DNA of 16,068 bases from Calditrichia bacterium (GTDB taxonomy: Bacteria > Calditrichota > Calditrichia > RBG-13-44-9): assembly GCA_037381445.1 (NCBI GenBank), contig JARRQT010000048.1, positions 1 to 16,068 on the forward strand, read 5' to 3'. Position numbers and translations under genes: made by a program. The notes beneath the pieces are model-generated. The model searched no databases. It was not told the origin of the DNA and worked only from the letters and a program-made list of their open reading frames with translations. The first letter of the stretch is position 1. Every line of letters begins with the position of its first letter. Shown here one piece after another: positions 13,145-16,068 of this stretch.

Positions 13145-15274
13145 TTATTTTATGACAACGAATTTTCCTTTATATATATCACCTGTATCCAGATCTTTTA
13201 CGGTGAAGAGATACAATCCTGTTGCAATGGCCTGGTCGCTCTCGGTCACCAGATCCCAGGCATGCTCACCTCCCGGGAATATGGTGTTGCCCGCACCATA
13301 TCTCTGAAACCACTTAATCCCCTGGCCATTATAGGTGTCACCATGATGAGTAAAACTATCCACCATATCCCCCGCCAGCGTATAGATCCGGATTTCACTG
13401 TTGAGCGGCAGATTATAAAAGTAGATTTTTCTTTCTCTCTCGAATCCACCATCCCACAGGGCATTCGCTTTATAGGGATTGGGATAAACGCCAATCTCCC
13501 GGCTTTCAGCAGGAGCTCTTGCCGGACTTCCGGGACTGACCACTACCACATTCTGAAGCTTGCTGCTTTCCAGACTGGGCAGTCTGAGTTTTGTATCTCC
13601 GCTGTCAAAAGCCGTAACGGCAAAGGCATATTGCCAGCCATTGTGTAAATTATCAATTTCCAATTTATAGGTATATACAATGGTATCCATTAAACCCGTT
13701 GTCGGATTTGGAACCATCTCGGTTATTGGTTCGGCCATACGGATGCTGTCCAGTCCGGTGTCATAAAACAAACCGTCCTTACGATCATATTCTCTGATTA
13801 ATCCCATCTGCCCGTAAATACCGGTATTTGAAATGTCATTGCCAAGAAATGAGCGGTATATCCTAAAACCTTCAAAATCCTTATTCTTTGAGATTAAATC
13901 GATTGACTTTTCAGCACGGGTGTCCCAATAGAGAGTTACCCTCTGATTGCCCGGTACCACCTTCAGGAGAGGAGGTGTAGGCGGCGTGGGCAGCACATAG
14001 CGGTCAAGTTTTCCGTTTCCGTTCACGTCTTCCGTTGAATCGGTTCCCACATAATCCAGGATTCCGTTACGGTTCGAGTCTTCACCGTAATAAGCCCGAT
14101 ATGCCCAGGCGGTGTTTTCATAAAGGTGCTGTTTGGCAAATTCATCATCAATGGTGGACGGATTATAACCGGCTTTTTTGCCGCACACGAATGCAAACAC
14201 CACATTCACCGAAGAATCCGGAGGAATAACGGAAAAAGGACCAGTGGAGATCAGGCTCATGCGGTTGCCGGGCGTTTCAAACAAGCTGGCCTGATAATAA
14301 TTTTCCGGCATCGATGATTCCATGCGGGCGTAGCGGCTGGCCTCATCGGCAGGAGCGCGGTCTTCATCGGCGTCGCCGCCGGAAAACAGCCACCAGTTAT
14401 AGGTAATGTCTCCTGAATAGTTGATATCTGTTTTTATCGGGTCGGCACCCAGAAAGGCCATGGATACATAACTGTCAGTAAATCCCGGATCGCCGTCATA
14501 ATCATAACAGTAGACCATTTTGGTGGAGTCACGATTCACATATCCGATGCCGGCATGCAGGTAAAAAGGCGATCCGACCCGCGGAGGCGTGATGTTTACA
14601 TTTCGGACCACCAGGTCCGCCCAGAGGCCTACATAAACATCTTTCAGGGTATCTTTCCAGACATTCTTAATGGTATAATTAAAAATCACAAAGGCGTCAG
14701 CAAAGGGATAGTTCCAGGCATAGGTTTCCAGGTGGACAGCAATACCCAGGGGAGTATGGTTTGGAATGGGAATGCTGCTTCCGGGAACGAAGATATTGGT
14801 ATCGGAGAAATCCGCAATAAAATCCTGGTGGCTGATCGCCTCTGGTGAATAGTATTTATTCTCCTCAAGGGAAGACCGCTCAATTATGCGGTCCGAGGGA
14901 TTAGCAGTATTGGTAAATTCAAAATTGGCCGAAGCACCGACTCCCAGCCGGGGTGTATTGAATGCGCCCGTAGTCACCCTGGGACCGGTTGAAGTTTGGG
15001 CGCCGCCCCACAAACCGCCCACAAACAGGTGTTCAATGCCCGAACCTTTCGGATATTCGCAGGAAGGCTGATCAACCGGTGATTGCTGCCGGAATCCATC
15101 CCCAAATATCCCATAATTGCTGATCGTAATGCCAATATTACCGGCGCTGGTAAATTTTGAATCGTCATCCACTGAGGGCTTGGGAAGAAATGGCGTATTT
15201 CCGGAATTCTGACTTTGTGAAAAAGAAAACGTTATCCAAAGAAGGACTAAAAGGAGAGAAGCATAATTCTTCAT
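13145..15274 (-). CDS. Secreted 709-aa protein of unknown function with FN3-like domain and atypical T9SS-like CTD
   Basis: Signal peptide; N-terminal domain GNIGITISNYGIFG..CEYPKGSG..LFVGGLW; FN3-like PPTPP..VTLYWD..FEGFRIYRS..NGWQYAFAVTAFD; CTD-like VYPNPY..IYFYNLP..IRIYTLAGDMV..WDL..ATGLYLFTV..GKFVVIK. Confidence 0.85.
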   Translation of the reverse strand: MKNYASLLLVLLWITFSFSQSQNSGNTPFLPKPSVDDDSKFTSAGNIGITISNYGIFGDGFRQQSPVDQPSCEYPKGSGIEHLFVGGLWGGAQTSTGPRVTTGAFNTPRLGVGASANFEFTNTANPSDRIIERSSLEENKYYSPEAISHQDFIADFSDTNIFVPGSSIPIPNHTPLGIAVHLETYAWNYPFADAFVIFNYTIKNVWKDTLKDVYVGLWADLVVRNVNITPPRVGSPFYLHAGIGYVNRDSTKMVYCYDYDGDPGFTDSYVSMAFLGADPIKTDINYSGDITYNWWLFSGGDADEDRAPADEASRYARMESSMPENYYQASLFETPGNRMSLISTGPFSVIPPDSSVNVVFAFVCGKKAGYNPSTIDDEFAKQHLYENTAWAYRAYYGEDSNRNGILDYVGTDSTEDVNGNGKLDRYVLPTPPTPPLLKVVPGNQRVTLYWDTRAEKSIDLISKNKDFEGFRIYRSFLGNDISNTGIYGQMGLIREYDRKDGLFYDTGLDSIRMAEPITEMVPNPTTGLMDTIVYTYKLEIDNLHNGWQYAFAVTAFDSGDTKLRLPSLESSKLQNVVVVSPGSPARAPAESREIGVYPNPYKANALWDGGFERERKIYFYNLPLNSEIRIYTLAGDMVDSFTHHGDTYNGQGIKWFQRYGAGNTIFPGGEHAWDLVTESDQAIATGLYLFTVKDLDTGDIYKGKFVVIK

Positions 15275-15464
15275 CGAGACACCCTATATATTGTAAAAAT
15301 TACTCAGGTATTCAAAAAAAACAACTGATAGGTCAATTCATCGACTGCAAAAATACGATACTCATTAAATAAATGGAAGTACTAAATAACAAAAATTTTT
15401 ATGTTTTTTTAAAACAACTATTTATTCCCATTTTCATTTTTTATCACTCATAAATCCCAATTTC

Positions 15465-15495
15465 AGTGTATGTCCCGGCAAACGTTTTTTGTCAA
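15465..15495 (-). promoter_or_regulatory. Candidate sigma70-type promoter for the six-gene locus
   Basis: Minus strand TTGACA (15495-15490), 19 nt, TACACT (15470-15465). Perfect -35 but long spacer. Confidence 0.35.
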
Positions 15496-15791
15496 AACTT
15501 AATGCAATTCCGTCGGTTATTAAGTAACTGGAAAAGAGAGATCAAATTCTCCTTTTTCTCCTGTAAGTTTCCTCTCTTTTGCATCGGTTATCCCTTTTTT
15601 CCAATAACTTTATTTTGCCTTTTGCCAAAATGGCGGATAACAAAATTTCACAGAAAATTTTACGTCCAAAAAATAGTACCCAAAACCCGACAATAATTTT
15701 CGTAAGAGGCAGCATGAAGAAATCCAAATACCGGAAACATAAGAGCAGTCAGCGGCAAGATGTCACAGAATGAAAATCATAATTGAAGTTT

Positions 15792-15819
15792 AATTTAAAG
15801 CAAACTTCGAAAAAGTCAA
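15792..15819 (-). promoter_or_regulatory. Second, distal candidate promoter for the locus, overlapped by an inverted repeat
   Basis: Minus strand TTGACT (15819-15814), 16 nt, TAAATT (15797-15792); GAAGTTT/AAACTTC inverted repeat at 15785-15808. Confidence 0.3.
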
Positions 15820-15983
15820 GTATAAAAAAATTTTCAAAATCTCTTTTTCAGGTCATATTTATTGCAGATACCTGTTACACCACTTGAGGCATGCCCCCTC
15901 TTTTTTTACTTGATTTCCGATAAAAATACCAGTAAAGTAGAACCATGTAAACTGTATTTCATATATGCAGATTGCTCTTCAGA

Positions 15984-16013
15984 GTGCCGAAAAAATATTT
16001 ATTTGGTTATAAT
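15984..16013 (+). promoter_or_regulatory. Possible promoter for a divergent gene beyond the window
   Basis: Perfect TATAAT at 16008-16013, weak -35 GTGCCG 18 nt upstream; an ATG occupies the last three bases of the window. The gene itself cannot be seen. Confidence 0.3.
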
Positions 16014-16068
16014 TCAGCCTCTGTATAAATTTTCTTGAAACGCTTAACAAATTAATAAAGAATCAATG

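Noticed and set aside
13118..13648. 176-aa plus-strand ORF
   Set aside because: Antisense to the CTD region of the 709-aa gene; TTG start and no motif.
4450..15274. Classical SusC/SusD polysaccharide utilisation locus
   Set aside because: No SusD-like protein, no recognisable glycoside hydrolase, and the TBDR does not show SusC-specific motifs that I can recognise.
15466..15773. Small ORFs of 61-76 aa in the upstream AT-rich region
   Set aside because: No SD, low-complexity K/F/I-rich composition expected from AT-rich DNA, and mutually overlapping. A small membrane peptide from 15715-15542 cannot be fully excluded.
15886..15907. GAGG-N7-CCTC followed by T7, terminator-like
   Set aside because: Only a 4-bp stem and no plus-strand gene upstream to terminate.
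1..16068. CRISPR array, tRNA, rRNA, IS/integrase or defence genes
   Set aside because: No regularly spaced repeats, cloverleaf or transposase/recombinase motifs seen on either strand.

Overview
Bacterial genomic window; the gene content points to a non-Bacteroidota member of the FCB group or a relative such as Calditrichota, KSB1 or Ignavibacteriota (inference from T9SS-type C-terminal domains and a PorV-family barrel together with canonical GGAGG Shine-Dalgarno sites and sigma70-type promoters). Left part: a minus-strand NatAB/YhaQP-like ABC-2 exporter pair (permease truncated by the window edge), a divergent aldehyde dehydrogenase, and a cold-shock protein with a clear promoter, structured leader and terminator. 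Right part (4450-15274, minus strand): a six-gene envelope locus encoding a 709-aa secreted protein with an atypical T9SS-like CTD, a 671-aa secreted protein with duplicated OB-fold modules and a canonical type A CTD but no recognisable catalytic domain, an Ig-repeat lipoprotein, a TonB-dependent receptor, a PorV-family beta-barrel and an NHL-repeat lipoprotein. There is no SusD and no recognisable hydrolase. This locus is the best candidate for an undescribed system: a SusD-less TonB uptake module whose binding proteins may be delivered by T9SS and tethered by a locus-specific PorV paralogue, possibly for nucleic acids. Two separate crossed-inverted-repeat (pseudoknot-topology) elements lie between the ALDH and csp genes. 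All family calls come from motif recognition by eye, not from database searches.
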